36,568 nt of DNA from Octopus sinensis (lineage: Eukaryota). The notes under the pieces were generated by a model. That model searched no databases, had not been told where the DNA came from, and was given only the letters and a program-made list of their open reading frames with translations. The translations under genes and the position numbers were made by a program. Position 1 is the first letter of the stretch, and the number at the start of each line of letters is the position of its first letter. This document shows, piece by piece, positions 1-11,077 of the stretch. The stretch is taken from the NCBI RefSeq assembly GCF_006345805.1, contig NW_021828090.1:1-36568 (forward strand). The letters are read 5' to 3'.

Positions 1-6
1 CTCTTC

Positions 7-261
7 GTGTTCAACACAACGATGCTACCCAGCTTCCTGTACGTGATGGAAGCGTGGTTCTACTTGAAAGATCTTGGGAAAATTAACAGAAAATGCAAAC
101 AAACCCGGCACTATGATCTGAAGCTAGCTTACAGGCTTGACCAACGAGGCCCGGTTCCAAGCTGGACGGAAACCAAGTTCCCGAAGATACTGAAGATCAT
201 TGAGAAATCTATCCGGTCTTTCCGTAGTCGATCTCAAGTGACCAACCTATTTATCGATTAG
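7..261 (+). pseudogene. Possible C-terminal remnant of a non-LTR retrotransposon RT ORF
   Basis: LPSFLYVMEAW resembles the post-thumb LYGxExW motif of LINE ORF2; truncated by the window edge; no other motif. Confidence 0.3.
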
Positions 262-1045
262 GGTCGATAACTGCCTAGCTTGCTCCAGACAGCAAATAGA
301 CGTTTCTTCAGAAGAGCTCGACTGCCTAGAACAGTCGTCTCGTTGTATCAGACGTCAAAAATTTTTGTCACTGTCTCAGTTTTTACAATAAAATTCTGCC
401 TGTCTGTCTTCAAAATGATAGATTAATTAACAAGTAATGTTAAAAATAATAGACTTTCGAAACTTGATAAAATAAGATCGGTTTGCCGTTCGTTAAAATG
501 CTCGGTTATCTAGAGATTGTACTAATTCACGATTGTGAAAATAAGTCAAAATTTGGACAACGGGAAATATTAATCGGTTTAATCACCTAAAAATTAAACA
601 AGGTTCAAATAGATAGAAAACGATCTTATATGGTTTCTATATCCTTTAAAGATTTATGAAAAATAGTCTGACAAATGCAAAACTGAATAGATTTTTTTAA
701 AACCTACTAACCTACTATAATAATCAATGGCAGTTAAAATCCATTTATAATTATTATTTAAGGCGAAAATTTAGGAATAAATCCAGCTAATACCTTTCGA
801 CACAAAAATATGAATCATATCATCAACTTACATTAAAAGTTTAAAATAAGTAAAACTTTTAATGAAAAAAGCAAATTTACATACTTTATAATTTTGAATG
901 AATTTTTTGATTGTCATCTTTAACAATAATGTATCTTGTTCGGACACTCGTACTCAAGCGAGATGTACGTGGGGGTATGCGAAAGGGGCCATCTCGCGGC
1001 AGCACTTCAGTAAGTGATCTTGTCTGATGAAGTTAAAAGCATTAG

Positions 1046-1650
1046 ATACATCCAGTTTGGTCTCGACTTACTATTGATCTTTTTCTGGACAACGAAAAGA
1101 TCCTATTCACGAAGAACCCTAAAATTCTGGGGGTCACTTTTGACACCCACATGTGGTTTACTGCCCATTTAGAGAAGGCCATCGGATCCAGTCAGAGAAA
1201 AATTGGACTAATCAAATCGATTTTTGGTGGACTAAAGACACCGTTCCCGGCTCTCGGCACTCTCTACAAACAATTCATCGAACCAACAATTGGCTATGCC
1301 TGCGCCGCTTGGGGTTCTAATCTCTCATGGTCTAACCGCCTTAAAATTGAGACTACACTATGCCGAGCCGCGGCTAGCATAACGAAAATTTTCAAACTGA
1401 ACAACATTACCCCAACTCCGCTTGACCAACTTATTAAGAACGATGGAAAGGGCTTCTTAGCCATCCAACAAGACCATCTGCCAAAAGACTTCAACAATCA
1501 GAAGCACATCACCCCAATCCAATTCCTCACAAAAACTGCTCCCCGCCCGTTCCGAACTTGCGTTGGGTCCAGAGTCCAACATCGGGAAAAGCTGAGAAAG
1601 ATTTTGAGGATTGTTGGAATCACCTAATTAATTACCCTAATTAACTGTTG
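1046..1650 (+). mobile_element. Ingi/Vingi-like non-LTR retrotransposon, 3' fragment
   Basis: The frame of ORF 1151-1627 extends upstream to PKILGVTFD (RT thumb); it ends RPFRTCVGS...RIVGIT* followed by TTAATTACCCTAATTAAC; the same 3' end recurs at about 21945-22050 and a diverged version at 30944-31396. Confidence 0.75.
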
Positions 1651-1738
1651 GTGATTCTTGGGTTAAAATAATAATAATAAACAGCATTCAAAAACCTTTT
1701 CTTTAGTTGATAAAAAAGTTTATATACAAAGGTAACTT

Positions 1739-1992
1739 GTGTTGACTCGTTCTCCGCGTCGATGTTACCCAAGACCATCACTAACCCGGGTTCTGCCAGT
1801 GCTCAAGCTGAAGACGCTAAGAGGACGAAGTATGGAAGTATTTCGGACTCTTACAGGTTTGTCCCCCTCGCCTTCGAAACATCTGGAATTGTCGGCAGGT
1901 CTGCGACTCGCCTTCTTACCGACATTGCCAGGATGATTGCTAGGAAGATCAACGACCGGAAGGAGACGAGCTGGCTCTTCCAGAGTACAATT
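1739..1992 (+). mobile_element. CRE-like (RLE) non-LTR retrotransposon, 3' fragment
   Basis: GSASAQAEDAKRTKY..YRFVPLAFETSG...ETSWLFQ matches the K..KY / F.P.A.ET.G C-terminal endonuclease region of CRE-type elements. Confidence 0.75.
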
Positions 1993-2295
1993 TAATGATA
2001 TACTAAAAGATGCTTTAAAATAAATAAATTAAAATAATATTTTCAATACAACAAAACATTATGACTGCTAAGGACATTAAAACATATTTTAAATGATGTG
2101 AATTGTGTGAAAAACTTTAAGGCAACATAATTTTATAGTTTATAAAATTTAAAATTAATTATTTTGTCATTTATTTGATTCTTTTCATGTAAACTATCTT
2201 TGTATCTCCATTCGAAAATTCTACATTAACGCGGTTATTAGGTAAGATTGATTCTATCGTGACAGTATCACAACAAGCACTTTCAAATTTTTTCA

Positions 2296-2340
2296 AACCC
2301 TAATCCTGACCCTAATCCTAACCCTAACCTTTACCCTAGC
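2296..2340. repeat. Degenerate (CCCTAA)n telomere-like tract
   Basis: aaaccctaatcctgaccctaatcctaaccctaacctttaccctag; short opposite-orientation tract agggtctagggttggtta at about 2443-2460. Confidence 0.5.
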
Positions 2341-2879
2341 CTCGACATTAAACAGCATGCTTAATTTATTGTTTTTTAATTTTAATGGTTAAGCATTGAA
2401 AAAATAAAAATCTATAATATTATTAATTTTTAAATTAACAAAAGGGTCTAGGGTTGGTTAAAGCATCGGAATTTAGCTCGATGTCTTTGCCAGGATATTT
2501 CATGCACACAAGCGCGATAGCAGCGATGATTAACTTATAGAACAGCTGGTGAAACTCCTGCCTTGACAGCTCAAGAATACGCTGTCGAGAAGGCGATTAA
2601 ACTTGATCTTGCAAAGAATGTCCCAGCAGATGATCCAAAGAATTGTTTGTCTGAAACAGTTGTATTGTGAGATAATAAGAACAGACGAGTATAAACAAGT
2701 TGTGCGCGACATGGAGAAAATAGTTAATCCTTATACATCACTAGGGGTTAAACTAAAGAAAAGGATGATGTATCATCCGTATCTTACACCGCAGGAATAT
2801 GACCATATAAAGTCACGTGTTGGAAATCAAAGAAAAAGAGAAGGTTCTCTTTTAGAAGTCTTTACCAATTATGAGCCGA

Positions 2880-3489
2880 TCTCACACCCGGATATTACTT
2901 TTATAGGAGGGGTTCCTAGATTATTGGAAACCTTCTTTGAAACAAATGGAATATTATTTGAAAATTTGGTTTCCTGTGCGACTGATGGTGCTATGTCAAT
3001 GGTTAGAAGACATAAGGGATTTGTTTCTCTTATTAAAAAAGATTATCCATGGGTCATTACGGTTCATTGTATTTTACGTCGCCATCAACTGGCATCGATA
3101 ATTATATGTCCTGATTTACATCAATCTTTAAATATTGTAATTAAAACAATTAACAGAATAAAAACACGAAGCAAATGTGATCGTCTTTTTAGAAAGTTTT
3201 GTAAGGATGCTGGTGAAGATTTTATTCGACTTTTATTACACACGGAAGTAAGATGGCTTTCAAAAGGAAATGCTCTAGAAAGATTCGTTAATCTTTACGA
3301 TGCAATAGTCGCATTTTTGCAGACAGAAGAAAACTTGGTTTTGACAGAAAAGATAATTTCACGAAAAAATGATATATACAAAAACAACCAATTAAGGGAC
3401 AATGCCCAAAAATTTTTAAATTGTGTGTGGACAAGGGGGCGATAAAATATCTAAGGGGGCGATGAACAAAAAAAGGTTGAGAATGCCTG
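2880..3489 (+). mobile_element. Buster/Charlie-type hAT transposon, truncated, right end preserved
   Basis: ORF 2603-3445 contains CATDGA, HCILRRHQLA and HTEVRWLSKG motifs; terminus aggttgagaatgcctg ends at 3489 and is followed by atcTAagt (nnnTAnnn Buster-type target). Confidence 0.8.
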
Positions 3490-3529
3490 ATCTAAGTTAT
3501 GGTTTAGCACAGTGATATGAAGCTACGGT

Positions 3530-4370
3530 TCTTCTCTATAAAAAATTCAGAACTCAAGACTCAGTTCATTAGTGTACATAAATAAATAAGTAATTCATGT
3601 TAGACTGAGCATAACTTAACACACTTTGGTCGAAATCGCCTTTTTGATCAATTAAGAAAATCTCTGTACAACGTTACTCGTGCAGAGGTTTCTGACGTAA
3701 TTAAACATTGTCCTTTCTGCCAATCCAAAAGGATGCTGGAGACTAAGCCACCAATCACGCCGATAATATCCAAAAACCCAAAAGATAGATATCTTGCGGA
3801 TTTGGTGGATCTAAGGCGTTATTCAGAACAAAATTCTGGATATTTTTGGGTATTTATTAGCAGTATTAAATCTCAGATTCTAGTTGTTATCGACTCGACT
3901 CTTTTTCAAATCCAACTTAAGAAGTCGCTATCTGAGAAAGCCAAATGGGTCACTGATTTCACAAATAAGCTCATGTTGCTTGATTCTCACTACGGATTTT
4001 TCGTGCTCAGAGTAAACCTCATGTTGCCAAGGCTTCTATATTTGCTGCGAACTTCAAACTGCTGAATACATGGGCCATGTAAAATTCTACAGTCGGACAA
4101 CGGGACAGAATTTAAAAATGCAGAAATTCAAAGTTTATGTCAAAGGTTCAGAATACTTCACATTCATGGAAGACCAAACAATCCTAGATCTCAGGTTATT
4201 CTACCAATTAATTTCTAGGGTATAATGGAATGTTTTAATCAAACGATAACAAGATCAATCGCCAAACTAATTGAAGAAAATGGGAATCATAATGAATGGA
4301 TGTCGATTCTACAGTATGCAGTTTACTGCTACAATACGACAATGCATTCGTTCTCGAATGAGACACCTTT
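3530..4370 (+). mobile_element. Ginger2/TDD-like (KRBA2-like) integrase-type transposase remnant with micro-introns
   Basis: HHCC motif (HNLTHFG...CPFC), YLADLVD, QSDNGTEF, RSQG; GT-AG introns 3574-3603, 3850-3876 and 4195-4218 restore the frame (FIS|TEH, FW|ILVVID, RSQ|GIM); frameshifted between about 3890 and 4070. Confidence 0.75.
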
Positions 4371-4373
4371 ATA

Positions 4374-4765
4374 AATAAGTAAAAAAGGAGATTTAAAAAA
4401 CGAAATCAAAAAATATCACAAAAAGTATAAATAAGTTTAAGAGGAGATTAAAAGAACAAAATCAAAAAATATCACAAAAAGTATAAATAAGTAAAAAAGG
4501 AGATTAAAAGAACAAAATCGAAAAGCATCACAAAATTATAAATAAGTAAAAAAGGATATTAAATGAACTAAATCGAAAAATATCACAAAAAGTATAAATG
4601 AGTAAAAAAGGAGTTTAAAAGAACAAAATCGAAAAATATCACAAAAATTATAAATAAGAAATAAGTAAAAATGGATATTAAATGAACTAAATCGAAAAAT
4701 ATCACAAAATGTATAAATAAGTAAAAAAAGTAGATTAAAGGAATAAAATCGAAAATATCACAAAA
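4374..4765. repeat. A-rich minisatellite, about 55-60 bp unit, about 7 copies
   Basis: Repeated aaaatcgaaaaatatcacaaaaagtataaataagtaaaaaaggagattaaaagaac; homologous shorter array at 21033-21265. Confidence 0.85.
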
Positions 4766-5005
4766 ATGATGAACTTTCAGATAATTAAATCATTAAAAAA
4801 AAATACATCTTGAATTATTCCTTCTGAATCCAATTAAGATAAAAAAAATAAAGTGTAGCAAATAAATGAGATAGCACCACAAAGTAAATCAACAGCGTGT
4901 TCACATGTGGCTTAATTTATTAGATATTAGGTTTACCATTAAAAATTAGGATAATTGACAATAATTAATGAAAAAAACTTTATTTTTATTACAAAACAGT
5001 TTTGA

Positions 5006-5257
5006 ATGTCAGTAATTATAGTAATTTTGTTACATTTGGTCATGTGGTTCATCAGTTGTTACAACTGTGGAGGCGCACAGAATACTCCTATAGAATTCAA
5101 GAAAAGAACCATTCAATCTTCCCAGCTGGAATTATCCAGACGACAATCCCAGGATCGCAGCCACCGATGGACGAAAGGCTTGAGCATTCTGCTTTCGGGC
5201 GATGTTGAGGAGAATCCAGGACCCCATCTAATCATACTTCAACTGAAGCGAATTTAA
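5006..5257 (+). CDS. 83-aa ORF: hydrophobic leader + 2A (StopGo) motif + first residues of an APE endonuclease
   Basis: LLSGDVEENPG|P fits the D(V/I)ExNPGP consensus; it is followed by HLIILQL, which in the paralogue at 21498 continues as LQLNINGIRGK...ALQETRL (APE N-terminus). Confidence 0.7.
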   Translation: MSVIIVILLHLVMWFISCYNCGGAQNTPIEFKKRTIQSSQLELSRRQSQDRSHRWTKGLSILLSGDVEENPGPHLIILQLKRI

Positions 5258-5416
5258 TTGGAGCGATTTATGGTTTTATGCTTGAAAAGTTAAAAATTTA
5301 TACTATTTAATCTAAAAAAATATTGTTGTCACTACGCCTCGGAAAATAAGTAAAAAGTAACTAATTTATTAGAAAATGTATGTTAATTCGGATTTATTTA
5401 AAATTGATTTGACGTA

Positions 5417-6430
5417 TTAATTCATTCTTTTTCTTTTTGAGCCATTCCTTAGCTCTCTAACTGCAATCTCTTGATGACCATCACCAATCTGATCCTCACT
5501 CCAGGATTGTTGTTCCATGGGCACGATTCCGTCGTCCTCAAATTGTAGAGATTTTCTTTGTAGAAAATGAATGACTTCACTAACATCACTCTCTTGAAAG
5601 TTCATCCTATTTCGGTGCTCCACTAACATGCTTTCAAGAGTTTTCTTTAGTACAATAGATTGAATATATGCCCTTGGAATAATATCCACACCCAAAAAAT
5701 CCATATATGATTTGTAGAATTTACTCACAATTCCCTCCCAAGTCATAACAATAGGGACAATTTTAACTTTCGCTTTGTATATTTGGGACAAATCTCCCGC
5801 GAGGAGGTCGTATTTATGAAGTTTTTCAATCTCAACCACCTTCAGCATCTCTTGAGAAGTGATTCCGACCTCTACTAAAGTAATCTCCCTTGTCCTTTTA
5901 TCGAAAACAAATATGTCCGGCTTGTTATGTTGTACTTTGATGTCTGTCATCAGCGTCGTATCGACTCTAATCTCAACATTCTCAGTTGTTACTATTGATT
6001 GGACTGAGTGAGTCTTCAGTTTCTTTGAATATGTGATTCCATATTTACGACACAGGTTTAAATGAAGACATCTCACCACCTCATTGTGACGGCGTATATA
6101 ATCACTATTTAACATTCTATTGCATCTCGTTGCCAAATGATCGACTGTTTTTTTGGCAGATTTACAATGACTGCAATTTGATCCTTTTTCCTCAAAGAAC
6201 AAATTTCGGTCCTGTAAAAGGCAATACAATGCTTCGGCTCTTGGACTATTATTTCCTTTTGCAAGCCAGCCCGACGATGATGCAGTATCAACATTTGAGT
6301 CTTTTAAACATTTGAATAACATAGAATGAAGAGATTTACTGTTAATTTTCGTCAATAACCATTCAATTTGAACATTTTTAAGTTTCCGTACATCCATGTC
6401 AGAGGAATTATCATCCAAGTTATACTTTAG
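5417..6430 (-). mobile_element. R4/Dong-like RLE non-LTR retrotransposon, 5'-truncated 3' fragment
   Basis: CSHC..TVDHLATRC knuckle, RRHN, KPDI, LVEVG, K..KY; colinear with the C-terminal third of the intact ORF at 13249-16767. Confidence 0.85.
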
Positions 6431-7140
6431 CCTTCATAACAGCTTTGATACCACTTTCAAAAATAGGAGATCCAAGAAAAATCAAGTTCTCTTTGAGGGG
6501 GAAGGTGCATCCAGGTAGCAGTTTGTCGAATTGGGTCATCCACTTACGAAAGGAAAGTTCGTCCGTGTTGACATTCACAATTTCGCATTTGCCGCAGTTG
6601 AATTCAAGCCCAAGCGCTCCAAAATTAAACACAAGAGACTTCAGCGTTTCCAAGATGCCTTCGGGGGTTCCTCCAATTACTCCATCATCCAAATACCACA
6701 TGTTAAGATCATTTTTACACGATCTCGTTGTTTGGTGGATTGCGAGGGAGAATAAGAGAGAACCTAGAGGGTCACCTTGTTTAACTCCATTGGCAGAATC
6801 AAGTATGGTTGTCCCGAATATAAGCGCGGAAGGCTTGGAGTATGCCAAATTGACAATCGGTAGGATGTACGGAATTTCTTTGGCGCAAGCTTCAAGGATA
6901 CAGTCTCTTCTAACAGAATTGAATGCATTCTTTAAGTCGATCTTGGCCAGAATTCGTTGGGAATCCGTGGAAGAAATAACAAACTCACGTAGAACGTGGA
7001 CCCCGGCCTCAGCGCCTCCTCGGACACCAACTCCGAGCTGTGTTGGTAAGAAATACGGTAGAAGTTCCTCAGAGCCTGCCTTGTTTGCTATCTTGGAAGC
7101 AATCCTTCGGAGAATGTTTCCGACAGCAATGGGGCGGCCG
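6420..7140 (-). mobile_element. CRE-like non-LTR RT core fragment (frameshifted)
   Basis: RPIAVGNILRR, QLGVGVRGGAE, KIDLKNAFN, GVKQGDPLGSLLF and WYLDDG read across two frames. Confidence 0.85.
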
Positions 7141-8450
7141 TGAGCCCCCTCTGAATAACGTCGTTAAGTGCTAAATGGCGTGGTGCGCGCCCTGCACTGC
7201 GACGACAGGAAAGGGGATGTAGACCGAAACGGTCAATAACAGCACCACAACGACATTTATGTATTTCGCAGATTTCCAATCCGAGACGCAATGATAATCC
7301 AATTCGTAGACAATCCTTGTCTAATAGGTTACCGGTGGAAAAGACAGGGAAAGCATCCAGCCAGGCCCCACTCCCGGTGCAGCAGCCTGCGCGGAGACAT
7401 GCAAGTCTGTGCTGATTGAAATTTTTGCGTAGATGTACGTCAAGAGCCTCACATGAGATAGCGTCCCATTGAGCTTGGATACGCAAGTCACTGGGTCTAT
7501 TGTTGTTCAATGAATCCCACAGGTCCAAAGCGACCACGTGATCAACTGACATTTTTCGTTCGGGTAGGTTTCTGAGAACAATGTCAGTGAGGACACGGGA
7601 TGACGCCGTTGACGAAAGGAAAGCAGGAAGAGCGATAGACACGGGAGAACGGAGTCCAATCCCACCGCGGCTTACAGGTAGGGTGGATTGAATCCAACCC
7701 AGAGGGTCGAAACGTACGTTGCATAGCGACTCTGCTCCGGACTTCAGAATATTTTCAATAACGGAAAGGAGATTTTGTTCGCGAAAACACGGAGAGCTTC
7801 TTAAAGTAGATAGGAGCTTCGGAGTTGAAAAGTAATTACGGAGAAGAAAGAACCCGACATGAGCGTCGATGAGAGAGAGTCTTTGAATAATGCATGACAG
7901 AGCAGCTGCCTTGTCAATAAGAGTTTGAGACAAAGCCTCGCGACCAATTGGGGATCCAAGGATGAGGAGGTTTTTTTTATCGGTGATCCGCACGCCTTTT
8001 AAAATATCTTCCAGAACGGCCATAGTTTCGACAAAAATTCCGTGTGGGATATTGAGATTTATAACTTCGAATTTGGCAGCCAGCTCGGGGACTACTGCGT
8101 GGCAGACAAGCTTTCCGGCCAATCTGCGAAAAATATTGCCGATGGCGATCGGTCTAACACCATTATCTTTCTTCCCCAGGGCGGTGAGATTAGCGGAAAA
8201 GAAAATCGTCCGTGCAAAGTCAGGTAAATCACCCCGATAAGGCGGTTGCATAGATCCGTAATAGAAGACAATAGTTGGCGAAGAGCCTCAGCAGTTAGGG
8301 GAGAAATCAGATCTTTAATGTGTCCTGGTTTCAAACCATCGATGCCCCCACTGCTGCTTGGGGAGAAACTTTTGAGTGCCTTCACAACTTGTTCCACGGA
8401 AACTAGTAGTTGTGGAAATGCAATCGAATCAATAGCAGGTGGTTTGCGGT
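7135..8450 (-). mobile_element. CRE-like non-LTR fragment with the RT core deleted internally
   Basis: SSGGIDGLKPGHI, RPIAIGNIFRRL, then directly EVINLN...LILGSPI, GGIGLRS, AWLDAFP, LRLGLEIC..KCRCG...HPLSC...RH..LNDV. Confidence 0.85.
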
Positions 8451-8539
8451 AATTAACGGGTTAATATTGTATTAATATTTAATACTATATTTGCCGATCA
8501 AAATTAAAAAATAAATGGGTAGAGCCATACGTGTCGCCC

Positions 8540-8770
8540 ACACATATGAGCCGACCGTGACAGAATATTCTACAAAAATATTCCTTCAAAAAGTGTTTGT
8601 CAGAAAAATCGCCCAGGGCAAAAAATGCCAAAAAACCGGTTTATTGTATTTCTTATATTTTAGATTTTCTTTGTTGCTGTGTGCAAATATGACGGTGACA
8701 GATAAAAAAAGTCCATTAATGATTAGAAAATTTAAGAAACCTAGATGCTTTAAGAATTTGCAAAACTGAA
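8540..8770 (+). mobile_element. pogo/Tigger-like DDE transposase fragment with a 25-nt intron
   Basis: Removing GT-AG 8639-8663 gives IFYKNIPSKSVC...KMPKNR|FSLLLCANMTVTDKKSPLMIRKFKKPRCFKN, typical of pogo/Tigger. Confidence 0.65.
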
Positions 8771-8776
8771 GGACTA

Positions 8777-9610
8777 TGAACTTCCCCGTACTGAAATGTA
8801 GTCAGTTGCCTTCCTTCAAGAGGTTGGAATCTTTCCCAAAGAAAAAAAATGTCAAAACAGACATTTTATGACCCTTCTCCAACAGCAGGAGAATACAACA
8901 TGGGTGTGCTATAAAAGTGGGTGTCGAACATATAGTTCTATTAGAAACGGTATAAGAGAGTACTTTATTTTTAGGTACGTGGCTCGAAGGCACGAAAGTG
9001 AACTTACAGTCATGTATTCGCTTTATGTACATGTGGAGTTTCGACAGACACAGTATTTTATGGTGTCGGCGTCAACTGGAATGGAGTGGCCATACAATTT
9101 GTAATTGGTCTCACTCCCTGCGAGAGGTTTGCGCATTTTAGCAAATCGTCCGAACACAATGATTGGTATTAGTGTTCCATTAGATTGTTAGGTGGTATTG
9201 GCAAAGTTGTCCAAGTTGACGAATGCATGTTTTCTAAACGGAAAAACAATGCAGGATGGATTTTCCCTCAACAATGGGTGTTTGGGGGAATCTCTAGTGG
9301 AAGTAAAGACTGTTTCATCAAGATGGTTCCAGATCGCTCCAAAAGAACTCTAACCGCCGCAATACAGGAAAATATCGCACCGGAATCAGTGATACACACT
9401 GACAAATGGAAGGGTAATTCTACTTTATTCTTGCTAATAGGTTATTCAACGCCAGATCTCAATGCTCTTGCTTATGTGCACCTTACAGTTAATCACATTG
9501 GCCATAATTCGTTAATAAATTTGCAGACGAAATATTGTAGATCCGAGCAGAATTTTTATGGAGAAGGCAAGTGAGCCATTTAGACAACTCCTTCGATGAG
9601 CTAATAGATG
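8777..9610 (+). mobile_element. Merlin (IS1595-like) transposase remnant with a 27-nt intron
   Basis: VAFLQEVG...KC, VQVDECMF, QQWVFGG, IHTDKWK|GYS...HLTVNH; GT-AG intron 9414-9440 restores the frame. Confidence 0.8.
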
Positions 9611-9699
9611 CCATCGTCAAATTTTGTCCGCCGAATATCACGCTTCGTACTACCAGCTGACCTTTTTTGTTGTAATAAAGATTTTTTCACTGAGGGAAG

Positions 9700-10464
9700 G
9701 ATGAGTTTTGTGTTCGACAAATACATGAAAGACCAAACAATCCCCAGAGTCAGGGAATTGTTGAACGATTTAATCAAACGGTCACAAGGAGCCTTTCAAA
9801 AATTATGAGTTTGGGTGAAACCAAAGAGTGGGTAAAACACATAAGAAAGACTGTGTTTTTGTACAATCAAACACCTCATTCATCTACAGGTGAATTATTT
9901 GTCTTAAATTTTTTGCAGGCGTTAGCCCCTTTGAGAGATATCGTGGAATTCCTGGATTCAATACTGTTTCAGGAAATACTGATGTAGAGGCAACTGAACT
10001 TCAATTCACTCCCGAAACTAACAGTAAATGTTTTAAATTCAACTAAAGATGAATTCGAATTCAACTTCCCAAAAGTCAACTTGGATTCTCCATATTATAA
10101 GAGAATGAACAGGAAGATGGGAGTGCATGTGTCTAAATATGAATTAAACATTGGAGACATTGTATTTATTTTATAATTACTTAAAAGGTTCGCATTCAAA
10201 AAAATTATGGGACGAATCCTTCCTTGAGATTAACCAGGTTTGAACATCCATACGGGGATCCATTCACTATTATTGCAAAATTGTCTAACAATTTTGTCAA
10301 TGTGGAAAATAGTGATGGATTAGTAATGAAAGTACATGCCAAACGACTCAATAACAGTCAGAAATAATAATTGTCCTTGATCTATCAATAAAATAAGTTA
10401 TTTTGACATTGAGTAAATTTGATTGGTTGCGTCTAGCGCTCGGTCGCTCGCTCGGCTTGCGACA
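9700..10464 (+). mobile_element. Ginger2/TDD-like transposon, 3' half with probable right TIR
   Basis: NNPQSQGIVERFNQT...YNQTPHSST|GVSPF (intron 9890-9918), YYKRMNRKMGVH..IGD; GC-rich tract ending GCGACA at 10464 (TGT...ACA-type terminus). Confidence 0.7.
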
Positions 10465-10633
10465 TAATAAGACGGTACATGCAACTACAAAGCATAGACC
10501 ATTCATTATTTTTATGAATTACTAGCTCGGCAGCTCGCTTTGCTCACCGCGACCTAGCTCCTGCGGAGGGCCTGTTTCATCAAACAACTATAAGTTTATG
10601 TAGATGTATAAAACTACCTGGTTTAATGTAACC

Positions 10634-11077
10634 CTATTCTATCGCCTTTTGATAAACGATGTTTGTCGTCCGTCCTTCCTTGGCATATATGAATAAATTT
10701 TCTCTTCTGCCTACCCTCGAGCATCCCACATACAGCTGTCCATGTGAAAAGCACTCACTCTCTAAAAATAACCCAACTACCTTTAATGACTGTCCCTGGG
10801 CCTTGTTTATTGTCATTGCAAAACTCATCCTCAAAGGAAATTGCAGCCTTTTAAATCTAAATGGTAATTCATCAGAAATTATCGGAATTCGTGGAATATA
10901 AACATCCTCACCTCTATACTTACCTGTTAATATCGTCGCCTCTATTACGTTAGCCATCAAATTTTTGATAACTAACCTCGTTCCGTTGCATAATTTAGGT
11001 GGCGCAAGATTTCGTAGTAAAACCACTGGAACGCCTATCTTTAACTTTAAGAGATGATTCGGCATTCCAGCCGGAGA
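10634..11077 (-). pseudogene. PIF1-like Helitron helicase C-terminal remnant
   Basis: LKLKIGVPVVLLRNL...LCNGTRL, QFPLRMSFAMTINKAQGQSL, FSHGQLYVGCSRV. Confidence 0.9.

Noticed and set aside
940-1030. HDV-like ribozyme candidate: GCC-ATCTCGC-GGC resembles P3/L3, with an 8-bp GCGAGATG/CATCTCGC stem, upstream of a LINE fragment
   Set aside because: No consistent P1 or P2 pairing could be built on either strand
1020-1100. Hammerhead-like CTGATGA...CGAAA
   Set aside because: Stems II and III do not form; most of the interval is RT coding sequence
10428-10464. Second Helitron 3' end (CTAG plus GC-rich tract)
   Set aside because: The CTAG is not followed by T on the minus strand; better explained as the Ginger2-like TIR ending GCGACA
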